Source: a virus
Length of the DNA stretch: 64,000 bases
Strand: one strand, 5' to 3'
IMG/VR virus record: IMGVR_UViG_3300045391_005035
Made by a program: the position numbers and the translations under genes. This document shows positions 9,331-18,754 of the stretch, one piece after another. The stretch's first letter is position 1; every line of letters begins with the position of its first letter. Under the pieces are notes generated by a model. It was not told where the DNA came from, did not search any database, and was given only the letters and a program-made list of their open reading frames with translations.

Positions 9331-9686
9331 GACCGCTCCGCGAGGGCGAGGAGGAGAGCTTCGAGAGTGTCGGCGCACAAGCCGTCCGCGCCGGCGTTTC
9401 GCAGAAAGCTGCCGCTCGGCCCGCCGATGCCGTAGACGCGCAACCCGTCGGCGTCGCGCTCCAGGCGCAGCGAGGCGAGTACGTTCAACCGCTCGCACGC
9501 CTCCAGCAGCCTCAGCGCTCGCGCGGCGCGGTCGTCCTCTCGGGGCCCGGCAGCGTAGTGCGGAGCCAGCGCGCCGCGGTAGTTGATGCGAATGTCCGCA
9601 CGCCCGCACTTCGGGCAGTTCACGCGCGGCCACGACGCCTCCGGCTGCGGCTTGACGCGAGCGCCGGTGCACCACAGCGCGCTCAC
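9327..9686 (-). CDS. hypothetical Zn-ribbon protein
   Basis: CPKCG; coupled. Confidence 0.6.
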   Translation of the reverse strand: MSALWCTGARVKPQPEASWPRVNCPKCGRADIRINYRGALAPHYAAGPREDDRAARALRLLEACERLNVLASLRLERDADGLRVYGIGGPSGSFLRNAGADGLCADTLEALLLALAERS

Positions 9687-10480
9687 CGCCGCCTCCAGCG
9701 CTGCTCGATCGCGGCGGCCGCGTCCTGTACTACGGCCGCCGCGAAGTCGTGCGCGATCAACGGCACCGCGGAGCCCGGCGTCTGCTTGCGTATTTCAGGC
9801 GCACGCTCCAGCAGGTACGCGACGATCTCCCCCACGACGCTCGGCGCTGCCTTGATCTCGTTACGCTGACCCAACGCCGTACGGTCCGCGTCGGAGAGGA
9901 CCGGCCAGAGCCAATCGCAGACCTCACGAAAGGCGTCCGCAGCGCACTTGTCGCTCTCGTCGCGACGCATCGCCTCCTGCTCGGCGAAGCCGTACGCGCT
10001 CAGGATGCGGCTCGTGTCCACGTCGGGCGCGAGCGGGGAGGGCGGGGCGGAGGTGAGAGCGCGGACCACTTCGGCGTAGAGCGCAGCGGCGAACTCCTGG
10101 CGCTTCGCAAACCCACCGTTGGGCCCGATCTCAGCATAGACGGGCGGCGGCGTGCGGTTCAGGAACCCGAAAATCGCGGAGCGGACTTGGTCTTCTGCGT
10201 TCGGCGTGAGCGGGGACGGCGAGGCGGAGGCGAGAGCCTCGCTCGATGGCGGCTTCGCCGGCGCGAGCGCATCGAACAAAGCGTCAAGAATTCGCTTCGC
10301 CGCTTCGGGCGTGAGCGTTCCGCGTTCGATCGTCGTCTCGATGCGTGAGAGACCCGTCGCCGTACGCTGTTCGTCCGTGATGTTGAGCGCGTCGAGCTTC
10401 ATGGAGAAGCGCACGGTGCGCCCTTGGGCGGCGTTGCGCGCGTAGAACGCCTCGCGTTCCTTCTTCGTCGTCGCCATCAC
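9683..10480 (-). CDS. hypothetical mosaic protein
   Basis: SAPPSPLA linkers; coupled. Confidence 0.7.
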   Translation of the reverse strand: MMATTKKEREAFYARNAAQGRTVRFSMKLDALNITDEQRTATGLSRIETTIERGTLTPEAAKRILDALFDALAPAKPPSSEALASASPSPLTPNAEDQVRSAIFGFLNRTPPPVYAEIGPNGGFAKRQEFAAALYAEVVRALTSAPPSPLAPDVDTSRILSAYGFAEQEAMRRDESDKCAADAFREVCDWLWPVLSDADRTALGQRNEIKAAPSVVGEIVAYLLERAPEIRKQTPGSAVPLIAHDFAAAVVQDAAAAIEQRWRRR

Positions 10481-11559
10481 TTGGCTCCCTTCGGGACGGC
10501 ACCATCACGTGCGCAGTGCTTGGCGACGAGATCGACGGCTGCGCGCATCAACTTCTCGTCCGTGGCGTCCGGGTCGTTGTTGCGGGCGTCTTCGTCGACG
10601 CACTCGTGGTACTTCGCCCACGCCAGCGCGGCACGTCGCAGGTCGTACGCGGCACGCTCGCGCCGCAGTTGCTCGTAAGTGGCGGTCCACTCTTCTTCGC
10701 GTACGCCCGAGTCGGATGCGAGCGGAGAGGGCGGGGCGGATGCGAGGGTCCGCACGGCATCCGCGGCGGCGGCGAACGTGGACGAGACGAGCGCTTCCGA
10801 CACGTCGCCGGTCTTCTCGAAGCGGGCCTGTGCGCTGTCTGAACGCGCATCGCAGACCTGCGCCGCCGCTTCCAACCCAGCGCGCCGACCCTCTTCGCCG
10901 GCCGCGAGCAGCGCGTCCGTCGCGACCGCGATCGGGCGCAACGCCCGCTCGACCGCAGCGGCACCCTCACGCGGGCAGTGCTTGGCGACGATGGCGGCGA
11001 GGTCGGAGGTGCGCTGCCCGCGTGCGCGCGCATCCCAGCCCTGCGAGAACGCTTCCTCCGCGATCGCGAGGCCCACGTCGGACGCGAGCGGGGAGGGCGG
11101 CGGGCCGGCGTCCAGTGCATCACGTGCTTGCTCGCATGCAGCGGACCACTCCACGCAGCGCGGCTCGTGCGTCTCGCCGGTGCAGTCCGAGTAGCAGCCG
11201 CCGGGGTACGGGCCGGGATTCGCTCCGTACAGCCGCGCGAGCGCTCTGCGCAGCATCAAATCACCCGGCGGAGGCCCGGCCTCAGCAAACGCTGTCTCGT
11301 AGTCGGCCGGGTTCAGGCCGCCTTCGTGCCGTCCGATCAGGCTGCGCACCAGGCGCCGCGCCCACTCTCGCAGCTCCGGAGCCGGCTCGGGGCGGGGGTG
11401 CGTTGCGTCTACGGCGGCGATGATTTCATCGAGGCCACTGCCACACACGTGCAGCGCGACCATGTCTTCCTTCCGCGTGATGAAGCCCGCGGTCCGCTCG
11501 ACGGCCGCACGCACCAACGCGCGGTCACGCGCGGTCTCGATCTGTTCTGCTCTCGTCAT
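10477..11559 (-). CDS. hypothetical mosaic protein
   Basis: AAGGAAG RBS; two PPSPLASD linkers and two AKHC.R.GA repeats. Confidence 0.7.
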   Translation of the reverse strand: MTRAEQIETARDRALVRAAVERTAGFITRKEDMVALHVCGSGLDEIIAAVDATHPRPEPAPELREWARRLVRSLIGRHEGGLNPADYETAFAEAGPPPGDLMLRRALARLYGANPGPYPGGCYSDCTGETHEPRCVEWSAACEQARDALDAGPPPSPLASDVGLAIAEEAFSQGWDARARGQRTSDLAAIVAKHCPREGAAAVERALRPIAVATDALLAAGEEGRRAGLEAAAQVCDARSDSAQARFEKTGDVSEALVSSTFAAAADAVRTLASAPPSPLASDSGVREEEWTATYEQLRRERAAYDLRRAALAWAKYHECVDEDARNNDPDATDEKLMRAAVDLVAKHCARDGAVPKGAK

Positions 11560-11573
11560 CGCAGCTTCCTTCT

Positions 11574-11912
11574 TCATCCGCGCTGACCTCCGGTCGGAAG
11601 CGGACAGCGTGCGATCGCGTCGGCCACGCGTTGTCCGTCTCCGATGTAGGAGATCACCGCGCGTCCGCCCGAATAGTTCCAGTCGATGCGTTGCTCGCTG
11701 ATCTCCCGCAGGCGCACTACCCACGCCTCGATGAGCCACGCCGGACCAGCGACGACGCACGCACACTCACCCTTCTCGTAGATCTCCGGGTCGCACGGCG
11801 GAGGCTCTGCACTCGATCCGAGATGCACGCTCTTGAGCACGTCGAGCGCCGACTTCGGCGCACCCGTTTCGAGGTACACGATCGCACTCTTGATCGCCTC
11901 GTCGTTCGTCAT
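11574..11912 (-). CDS. hypothetical protein
   Basis: AAGGAG RBS, ATGA coupling. Confidence 0.65.
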   Translation of the reverse strand: MTNDEAIKSAIVYLETGAPKSALDVLKSVHLGSSAEPPPCDPEIYEKGECACVVAGPAWLIEAWVVRLREISEQRIDWNYSGGRAVISYIGDGQRVADAIARCPLPTGGQRG

Positions 11913-12289
11913 CGCAGCTCCTTCTTCGCCTGGTCTGTCACGCGCGTCTTGCGCCTGGTCGCGCCGCGAATCAGATCGATCGCTTGTCGCGTGGCTTCGC
12001 GGTGCGACGGGGCGTCGACAGCGACGTGGTAGCCGAAGCACGCGAGCACCTTTGCGACGAGACTCGTGTCGGACTTGCGCAAGCTCTTGCGCGCCTGGCT
12101 CGCCGCCGAATCACACAGCGAGACGCACCACGACGCGCAGAGCGCGGGGGTGGGTGGATCGAGCTTCACGCGGTACCCAGAGGCGCACAGGCGGTCACGC
12201 CGACAACTGGTTACGCGACGCTCGCGTCCATCGTCGTAAATGCCACGCAGCCGCACTCGATCGCCGCGCTTGAACGGAGCCGTGGTCAT
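11909..12289 (-). CDS. hypothetical protein
   Basis: FKRGDRVRL KOW/SH3-like start; follows NADAR stop directly. Confidence 0.6.
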   Translation of the reverse strand: MTTAPFKRGDRVRLRGIYDDGRERRVTSCRRDRLCASGYRVKLDPPTPALCASWCVSLCDSAASQARKSLRKSDTSLVAKVLACFGYHVAVDAPSHREATRQAIDLIRGATRRKTRVTDQAKKELR

Positions 12290-13114
12290 CTACTTAGCCT
12301 CCGCCGCCCGAAGCTCCGAGCGGACCTCCATCCAGAGCTTGCCGAGCATGTTCTGACCGTCGCGGTTCGGACCCCAGCCCCAGAAGTCGTCGCGCCACGA
12401 GTCTTCGACCAGTTCACGATCGCCGGTGGCGAGGAGCTTCCGGCGGACGTACTCGTGCTGCTTGGCCTTCGCGAAGAGGATCTCGCGCATGACGCCGACG
12501 CGTTCGTCGAGCCACGTCGCGCGACGCTCGCGCGCGCTCTTCTCGGCGAGCTTGAATGCCTCGTGCGCGGACGGCGCCATGAGAATCGCGTCTCGCGTGG
12601 CCTCGTTGTCGAACTTCGCCGAGTGGTACGCGTGCTCGCTGGTCGGCCAGGTGCACCCGCGCCACCACACCTGAAACGCCGAGAAGTTCGAGAGCACGTA
12701 GAAGTCGTGCTCGTAGAACCGGACGCGGCGATCGGTGTCGAGGCCGCGGGCCTCGTCGATCGCTTCCTTACGGATACGAGTGTCGCGAGCCTTCGCCGCT
12801 TCGCAGTGGTCCATGGCCTTGACGCCGGGATCGGTCAGCCACGTATCCAGCTCCATGAGCGCACGAGCGCGGGTCGGTTCGTCCTTCGCATCCATGAGGT
12901 TCTGCGAGAGATTGGCGAGCGTGCCCAGTTCTGAGCGAAGGGATGACCACATCTGTCGGAGCAGCTCGACGCGGAACAGCGTGCGGTCGACGCACTCGTC
13001 GGGGCACCGCTCGATTCCGTACTCGTCGAGTAGCTCGTTGATCACCTTCAGCTCGTCGAGTGCCTCCTCCAGCTTGAACTGCGTCTGCGCGAGGTCGTCA
13101 GCGGCGGTGCCCAT
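12290..13114 (-). CDS. NADAR (YbiA-like) domain protein with N-terminal helical extension
   Basis: RFYE..F.VLSNF, WPTSEHAY..AKF, KAKQH....KLLATG..ELVEDS..D.FWG.G...GQNMLGKLWMEVR; start set by TTGACG-17-CACGTT-7 nt-ATG. Confidence 0.9.
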   Translation of the reverse strand: MGTAADDLAQTQFKLEEALDELKVINELLDEYGIERCPDECVDRTLFRVELLRQMWSSLRSELGTLANLSQNLMDAKDEPTRARALMELDTWLTDPGVKAMDHCEAAKARDTRIRKEAIDEARGLDTDRRVRFYEHDFYVLSNFSAFQVWWRGCTWPTSEHAYHSAKFDNEATRDAILMAPSAHEAFKLAEKSARERRATWLDERVGVMREILFAKAKQHEYVRRKLLATGDRELVEDSWRDDFWGWGPNRDGQNMLGKLWMEVRSELRAAEAK

Positions 13115-13152
13115 GGCGAGCAACGTGCGCTCACCTGGTCGTCTCGTCAAGA

Positions 13153-13168
13153 GTATGTTGCAAGAACC
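13153..13168. promoter_or_regulatory. operator-like motif GTATGTTGCAAGAACC next to a minus-strand -35 box
   Basis: exact copy at 16968. Confidence 0.7.
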
Positions 13169-13209
13169 TCGCGTGGCATCAAGCGGGGGCTCCGGTGTAG
13201 ACTCGTCCG

Positions 13210-13353
13210 GTGCCTCTTTCGAGCGGGGACTGGATCAAGATCGCCGGTGGCCTTGCGGCCGTGGTGACGGTACTGTTCGTCGTCCGGGGTCGTCGGTGGA
13301 TGGCTCCGAACCGCCGCAAGGCGCGCCTTCGAGGCTGGAAGGAAACGGCATGA
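13210..13353 (+). CDS. small single-TM protein with basic tail (not in ORF track)
   Basis: MPLSSGDWIKIAGGLAAVVTVLFVVRGRRWMAPNRRKARLRGWKETA; TAGACT-6 nt-GTG; stop overlaps ATG 13350. Confidence 0.65.
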   Translation: MPLSSGDWIKIAGGLAAVVTVLFVVRGRRWMAPNRRKARLRGWKETA

Positions 13354-14087
13354 GTTACGCCCAGGTGCGACGCTTCGGGCGTCCGAATCAGCAGCGCGTC
13401 GGTCGTCCGCCACTGACGTTGATTCGCGGTGGTCTCTACGGTCTGGATGGCCTCGGGAGCGACGAGGACCTGGCCGCCCAGGCCCACATCCCCGTTGGGG
13501 TGCTGCGGGCAATCCGCTCGGTCGAATCCGGCGGGCACGCCAACGCAGTGAGGTTCGAGCCGCACCTCTTCCTCCGGCGGGTGCCAGGCGCGCCGATCCC
13601 CTACACGCCAGGCCCAACGCAGGCCGCGTCGCACGTCGCGACGGAGACAAACCGCGCCGCCTTCGAGCGCGCTCGCAACATCAACGAGCAGGCCGCCATC
13701 GACTCCTCGTCGTGGGGGCTCTACCAGGTGCTCGGCGCGCATCTGCGCAACGTCGCGCCGAGCAACCCGGTGGCGACGTTCGACTCGAATCCGTCGCTCA
13801 CGAGCGACCGTCTTCTCGTCGACTGGTTTGCGTCGAACCCGGCGGCGGCGGCGGCGGCGCGGGCGCTGAACTTCAGCGATCTCGCCTACCGCTACAACGG
13901 CTCGCGCACGTCCCCGTGGGGTGCGCGCGTGGCGGCGGCGTACGCTCGCGGCGGCGGCGCTGGCGCGTCCGGCGCTCTGGCAACGGCCTATGCAGCGGTC
14001 GCGCTGCCATGGATTGCGGCAGGAAGCGCTGGTGCGATCGCGCTCGTCGTGATCAACCACTACGCGCGCAAGAGGAGAGCAGCATGA
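13350..14087 (+). CDS. N-acetylmuramidase (DUF3380-like) with MSY/GLG leader and C-terminal TM
   Basis: LRAIRSVESGG, RFEPHLF, AIDSSSWGLYQVLG; leader MSYAQ...GLDGLGS; TM then RKRRAA. Confidence 0.8.
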   Translation: MSYAQVRRFGRPNQQRVGRPPLTLIRGGLYGLDGLGSDEDLAAQAHIPVGVLRAIRSVESGGHANAVRFEPHLFLRRVPGAPIPYTPGPTQAASHVATETNRAAFERARNINEQAAIDSSSWGLYQVLGAHLRNVAPSNPVATFDSNPSLTSDRLLVDWFASNPAAAAAARALNFSDLAYRYNGSRTSPWGARVAAAYARGGGAGASGALATAYAAVALPWIAAGSAGAIALVVINHYARKRRAA

Positions 14088-14845
14088 CGTCGAAGAAGGG
14101 CAGTCTCTGGAAGACATCGTGGAACCGCGGCCGTGGGACGCCGATCCCCGAGCCCGTGGGCAAGATGGCCTTCTTCCAGAACTTCAAGGACGGCGTCGAC
14201 AGCACGTTCTACAAGACGACGCCGGACTCGACGCTCGGGCTCGCGCTCCCGTTCTGGTTCGGCATCGTCGGCATTCGGACCGGAGATCAGAAGGTCACCG
14301 GACCGGACACGCTCGACAACCTGCGACCCTTCAGCGACACGGACATCATCAACGCGACCGGCACGGTGAACGGCGTAGCTTCCGTCCTCTACGACGTTTC
14401 GCTGCCGGTGGCCGGTGACGACTACGTGTGTGCGGCGCTCGTGCGCGTGACCGAGGACGCGGATGGAACAACGTTCACCGTGCGCGTGCGGCTGTGTGAC
14501 CAGGTCGAGGCCAGGTTCCAGGGCGACTCGATCACCGTCCCGCCGTCGTTCCCGCTGGTACTCAACCCGAACGAGCTGCCCGGCGCGTTGCACGGCTTCT
14601 GCGGCGGCCCCGGTCTGCTGACGGACGCCGAGGTCCGCACATGGTTCAGGCAGCTGCGGTCGATGCTCGCCATCCAGAAGATCCCAGGCAAGACCACGCA
14701 TCTCTACTCCGCGGCGGCGGTGTACCCGCTCGTCCCGGCGACACTGACGAATCTCGGCAGCGATGCGACGCAGGACATGGCCCTCTCGACCACTGGCACG
14801 CCGGCGCCGGTGAACGTCGAGATCCCCGTTCGCTTCGCCTACTGA
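14084..14845 (+). CDS. hypothetical beta-rich protein (possible virion component)
   Basis: GGAG RBS, ATGA coupling. Confidence 0.65.
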   Translation: MTSKKGSLWKTSWNRGRGTPIPEPVGKMAFFQNFKDGVDSTFYKTTPDSTLGLALPFWFGIVGIRTGDQKVTGPDTLDNLRPFSDTDIINATGTVNGVASVLYDVSLPVAGDDYVCAALVRVTEDADGTTFTVRVRLCDQVEARFQGDSITVPPSFPLVLNPNELPGALHGFCGGPGLLTDAEVRTWFRQLRSMLAIQKIPGKTTHLYSAAAVYPLVPATLTNLGSDATQDMALSTTGTPAPVNVEIPVRFAY

Positions 14846-15888
14846 TCGAGCGCAGCGGCCGCCTCGCGCGAGGCCTTCTCGCGAATCGAGTCGATCTGCT
14901 TCTGCACGCCAACGCCACCGGGGCCGCGCAGCTTGCCGGTGTAGATCGCCGTCGTGTTCGGCAGCTCGTGGCCGAGCGCGGCCTGGATCTCCTGTAGCCG
15001 TGCTCCCGCTGCGTCGAGGTCGCGCGCGAACATGTGCCGCAGGCCGTGCAGCTTGAAGCGACTCGGGTCGAGCCCGGCGCGCTTTGCGTTGCGCTTCAGG
15101 ATGCCGTGGACCTGGTCGACCGTCAGGCACCGGTGAGGGTCTCGCGCGTGCTCGCCACCGCCGTGGTTGACGGGACCGAAGACGGACGACTCGGGCGTGA
15201 GCGTCTTGAGGCGGTTGGCGCTGATCCAGTGGTCGAGGATCGCAGCGTGGCACGCGTCGGACAGCTCGTACGTCTGGAGCTTGCCGCCCTTGACCTTCGA
15301 GACGTACGTCTTCGGCGTCGAGGTGAGATTCAGATCCTTGACCTTCAGCTTCGCGACCTCGGCGCGGCGACGTCCCGTGTTCGCGAAGAAGATCAGCATT
15401 GCCCGGTCGCGCTTGCCGACGACGTCGTTCGGGATCGCCTTGAGGAGCTTCTCGAAGTCGAGCCATTCGGTCGGCATGGAGCGCCCGTACGGGGTCGGGG
15501 TGCAGTCCTTGCGCGTCACGAGCCGGAACGGGTTGCTCGTGATCAACGCGACGCCGGTTGCGCCCGTCGGCTTCATCAGGAAGTCGAAGTAGCTCTGGCA
15601 CGACGCGAGACGCAGACAGATCGTCGCGTCGCTGAGGTCGCGACTTCGGAGCCATTTCTTGTAGTAGGCTGCTTCCGCGACGGTGATCTGCTCCGGGCTG
15701 CGCCAGTCCCACAGCTCGAAGAACTCGCGGATCCCGCGCTGATACGCGCGGCGCGTGTTGTCGGGCTTGCTTGCGAGGAAGCCGTAGAGCGCGAGGAGAT
15801 AGGTTCGCGCTCGACCCGCGTCACCGTTGCCGAAGCGGACCAGCTCGGCGGGTGTACGAGGCACAGCGTGAAGCGTCAGGGTCGCCAT
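14839..15888 (-). CDS. tyrosine recombinase/integrase (XerC/D-like)
   Basis: RDRAML..TGRRRAEV, VKGGK, HGLRHMFA, LGH...TTAIY; N-terminal SAM-like region. Confidence 0.92.
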   Translation of the reverse strand: MATLTLHAVPRTPAELVRFGNGDAGRARTYLLALYGFLASKPDNTRRAYQRGIREFFELWDWRSPEQITVAEAAYYKKWLRSRDLSDATICLRLASCQSYFDFLMKPTGATGVALITSNPFRLVTRKDCTPTPYGRSMPTEWLDFEKLLKAIPNDVVGKRDRAMLIFFANTGRRRAEVAKLKVKDLNLTSTPKTYVSKVKGGKLQTYELSDACHAAILDHWISANRLKTLTPESSVFGPVNHGGGEHARDPHRCLTVDQVHGILKRNAKRAGLDPSRFKLHGLRHMFARDLDAAGARLQEIQAALGHELPNTTAIYTGKLRGPGGVGVQKQIDSIREKASREAAAALDQ

Positions 15889-15931
15889 GGGCTCATTGTG
15901 GCACGTAGTGGTTCATGCTACGTACTCGACC

Positions 15932-16150
15932 ATGAAGATCGCAGACCTGGCCGACAACGGCAAGATGGCCAAGGGCACCAAGTTGACCGTGCGGGTACCC
16001 TCTCGTCTCCAGGAGAAGCTCGGGGTGACGACGACGGGGTCGTTCGTCGGTCTGAAGCCCAAGGAGAAGGGCAACCGTGTGCAGCTCGTCTACGTGAAGG
16101 TCGGCTCGCAGCGGCTGACGTTCCGGCCGCAGGATCTCACGCTCGCATGA
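15932..16150 (+). CDS. small basic hypothetical
   Basis: divergent from the recombinase. Confidence 0.6.
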   Translation: MKIADLADNGKMAKGTKLTVRVPSRLQEKLGVTTTGSFVGLKPKEKGNRVQLVYVKVGSQRLTFRPQDLTLA

Positions 16151-16443
16151 GCGCTCCGCTTCAGATCACAATCCGCGGAGGCTCCGGCTCCTACGTCCCA
16201 TCGCCGAGTGAAATGACCAGGGCGCTGGCGCTGCCGAGCATCGCGAGCCGCTTCCATGGCGTACTTCAGTACATGCGCGCCGACGAGCCTGGCACTCCGC
16301 CGACGTGGCGCACCATGGGCCCCAACCACGGCGAGTGCAGCCTGATCCATCTGCTGGAAGCCGTACGCTTTCTTCTTGGCGACCTGCGCGTGACCCAGTT
16401 GCGCATCATCAAAGTGTCGGACGTCGCGCCACAGGCGCCATGA
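16147..16443 (+). CDS. hypothetical protein
   Basis: ATGA coupling. Confidence 0.55.
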   Translation: MSAPLQITIRGGSGSYVPSPSEMTRALALPSIASRFHGVLQYMRADEPGTPPTWRTMGPNHGECSLIHLLEAVRFLLGDLRVTQLRIIKVSDVAPQAP

Positions 16444-16631
16444 AGCCGGCGCGCATCTGCGCAGGATGCGGTTTTCCATCCGTAGGCTTTCGTTTTGTAT
16501 CGGACAAGACCACCGTGCGCACCTGCAACGGGTGCGGGCGCATGTCGGTGTTCAAGTTCGAGAGCGCCGTCGACGAGTGGCGGCGGATTCTGCGCGCCGA
16601 ACGCGAAGAAGCGAAGAAGAAGTCGTGCTGA
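16440..16631 (+). CDS. small Zn-ribbon protein
   Basis: CAGC...CNGC. Confidence 0.6.
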   Translation: MKPARICAGCGFPSVGFRFVSDKTTVRTCNGCGRMSVFKFESAVDEWRRILRAEREEAKKKSC

Positions 16632-16954
16632 GTCCGGAGGGCACGCAGGCGCTGCTCGCTGCTGCGTCGACGATCCGACGTCGAGCGTCCGAGACGATGC
16701 TCGTGGCGCTCGCTCTCTACGCGCACGCTCGAAAAGCGTATCAGGCGAAGTACCGTGCGAAGCATCGGAAGGCGCTGACTTCACGCGAGCCAAGCCCGTA
16801 CATCTACCCGGAGAGGCTCGCCTGCCAGTGGGTGACGGGCGGCGTAATGTGCGGAACGTTCGCGAGGTTTCGGCTCTCGGGTGGCCATCGCTACTGTCGC
16901 GAGCACACGAACGCGCACTTTCGCGGTGAGCGGTCCGGCATGCCACGGGAGTAG
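16625..16954 (+). CDS. hypothetical protein
   Basis: C...C...YCREH motif. Confidence 0.5.
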   Translation: MLSPEGTQALLAAASTIRRRASETMLVALALYAHARKAYQAKYRAKHRKALTSREPSPYIYPERLACQWVTGGVMCGTFARFRLSGGHRYCREHTNAHFRGERSGMPRE

Positions 16955-16967
16955 AGTCGAGCGTAGG

Positions 16968-17006
16968 GTATGTTGCAAGAACCTTGACGCGCGGCGCCGC
17001 GCACAT
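16968..17006 (+). promoter_or_regulatory. operator GTATGTTGCAAGAACC plus -35 TTGACG of a leaderless promoter (-10 TAGGGT at 17007)
   Basis: motif, TTGACG, 17 nt, TAGGGT, 7 nt, ATG 17020. Confidence 0.75.
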
Positions 17007-17019
17007 TAGGGTCGCCGGG

Positions 17020-17475
17020 ATGTCCAAGAAGCGGACCTACTACGTCGCGACGTTCACCGCGTTCATCGAGGCCGACAGCGAGGACGTCGCCATGGAAACG
17101 GCGGACGGCGCAGCTGATGCTATCGAGGACTACATCGGGTCGCACGCCAGCGGCGATCCGATGATCTATCGAACGAAGGCCGTCGGCGTGGTGCTTCACG
17201 ATGGGCCAAATCCGTTCGCAGACGAGGACTACGAAGACGACGAGGAGGAGTACGATGTCGGCCGTGTGCGTGGCGTCGCGCACGAAGCTGCGCGTCTCGC
17301 GCGTCTCGAACCGCAGCGGCCGATCGGGGAGATCGTCGGCCAGCTCGTCGACAAGCAGGAGAGGCCGACGCACTGCGAGCACGGCGTGCCGCTCGACGAG
17401 GAGCCTCAGTGTGCGAGGTGCGCTGCGAAGATCCGCGACTACCTCAGCGGCATGGTCAAGAGGCCGACCCCGTGA
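17020..17475 (+). CDS. hypothetical acidic protein
   Basis: leaderless promoter; CEHG...CARC. Confidence 0.7.
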   Translation: MSKKRTYYVATFTAFIEADSEDVAMETADGAADAIEDYIGSHASGDPMIYRTKAVGVVLHDGPNPFADEDYEDDEEEYDVGRVRGVAHEAARLARLEPQRPIGEIVGQLVDKQERPTHCEHGVPLDEEPQCARCAAKIRDYLSGMVKRPTP

Positions 17476-17729
17476 AGCTCATGCATGCGATCCGCGTCGG
17501 CGAGAAGCTGCTGAGGGAGGCGCAGCCGCCGATGCGGTTGACAGTGGAGCGGGCCTCCATCGGGCGCGACCTGTCGGCCGAGGAGGTGGCGGCGCTGACC
17601 ATCCTTCTGCGCTTCGCGAAGCGCGTGGTGGCCGCCAAGGACGCGCTGCGGTCGCTGGCTCGCGCGGTCGCCGGTGAGGACGAACTGAACCAGAACGAGC
17701 TGCCGCTCGGAGGAGACGAAAAGGCATGA
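17472..17729 (+). CDS. hypothetical protein
   Basis: GTGA coupling. Confidence 0.6.
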   Translation: MKLMHAIRVGEKLLREAQPPMRLTVERASIGRDLSAEEVAALTILLRFAKRVVAAKDALRSLARAVAGEDELNQNELPLGGDEKA

Positions 17730-17839
17730 GCACGAATATCCGGCTGGTGCTCGAAGCTATCGCGTGGCCACCGGTCGCGATCCTCATGGTCGCCATGGGG
17801 TTCCGTCCGTACGGCGGTCGCGGGGCGAGGCGCGCATGA
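17726..17839 (+). CDS. small hydrophobic peptide
   Basis: fills the gap with ATGA overlaps at both ends. Confidence 0.45.
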   Translation: MSTNIRLVLEAIAWPPVAILMVAMGFRPYGGRGARRA

Positions 17840-18021
17840 AGGTCGTCGGTGTGTCGAATCATGGATCGGAGACGACGGACGACATCCTCGTCTGCGAGAA
17901 CGTGAGCGAGTTCTACGGGAAGAAGATCGTAGAAGCGCTCAACGAGTCGGCGGACGACCACTCCAGGTACTTCTTCAAGCTCGTCGACGACGCGTACGAG
18001 CTGTACGAGTGGACGCCATGA
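17836..18021 (+). CDS. hypothetical protein
   Basis: coupled. Confidence 0.6.
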   Translation: MKVVGVSNHGSETTDDILVCENVSEFYGKKIVEALNESADDHSRYFFKLVDDAYELYEWTP

Positions 18022-18488
18022 GCGAACGCGAACGAGAGATCGCCCGTCTCGGGCTGAAGTACGGTGCCGACGGCTGGAAGCCGCTCGATCCTACCGTGAA
18101 CAACGCCGGTCGCATCGATCCTGTCAGCTCGATCTTGCTGGAGGTCGACGAAACTCATCCCGACGTAGCGCTCGCAGAGGCCATTGCACAGCGCGACGCT
18201 GCGTACGCTCGCGCTGATCACTGCTGCGAGGTGCTGGAGAAGTCGTCTCGTGGAAACCGGGCGGACCTGCCTGGTCTCCTGATGCAGGCAACGGAAGCGC
18301 GCGTCGCCCTGGATGCGGAGCGAGATCGCGTGCAGCTGTGGATGGCGAAGACGCGCCGTGCGGAGACGAAGCTGGAGCTGCTGGTGGAGGCGGTGCGAGA
18401 CATCCTCGACGATGAGGACGCGTTCACGAGCGACTACCTGGTGCGTCACCTGTCGGACGCGTATGTCGCAGCGACGAGAGAGCAGTGA
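18018..18488 (+). CDS. coiled-coil hypothetical
   Basis: coupled. Confidence 0.65.
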   Translation: MSEREREIARLGLKYGADGWKPLDPTVNNAGRIDPVSSILLEVDETHPDVALAEAIAQRDAAYARADHCCEVLEKSSRGNRADLPGLLMQATEARVALDAERDRVQLWMAKTRRAETKLELLVEAVRDILDDEDAFTSDYLVRHLSDAYVAATREQ

Positions 18489-18754
18489 CCGTCGACGAAG
18501 CCATGGCGTGGCGCCTGTTCTGGATCGACGTGTACCGCGTCGCCAAGACCATGCTGCGTCGCGCAGAGAAAGAAGTGTCAGTCCTCCCGCGTGGCACGCC
18601 GGAGCGGCGCCGCGCGTCCCGTGTTGCTCGCGAGCGCGCAGCGTTGGTCGGCACGCTCCTGCCTGTGATCGATGATCTCTCGTACAAGACCGGCGCACGA
18701 CTTTGCTCATGCGTGCTCTGCGTGATGTCCGGGAGAGGAGAGTTCAGCGCATGA
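18485..18754 (+). CDS. hypothetical protein
   Basis: coupled. Confidence 0.6.
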   Translation: MTVDEAMAWRLFWIDVYRVAKTMLRRAEKEVSVLPRGTPERRRASRVARERAALVGTLLPVIDDLSYKTGARLCSCVLCVMSGRGEFSA

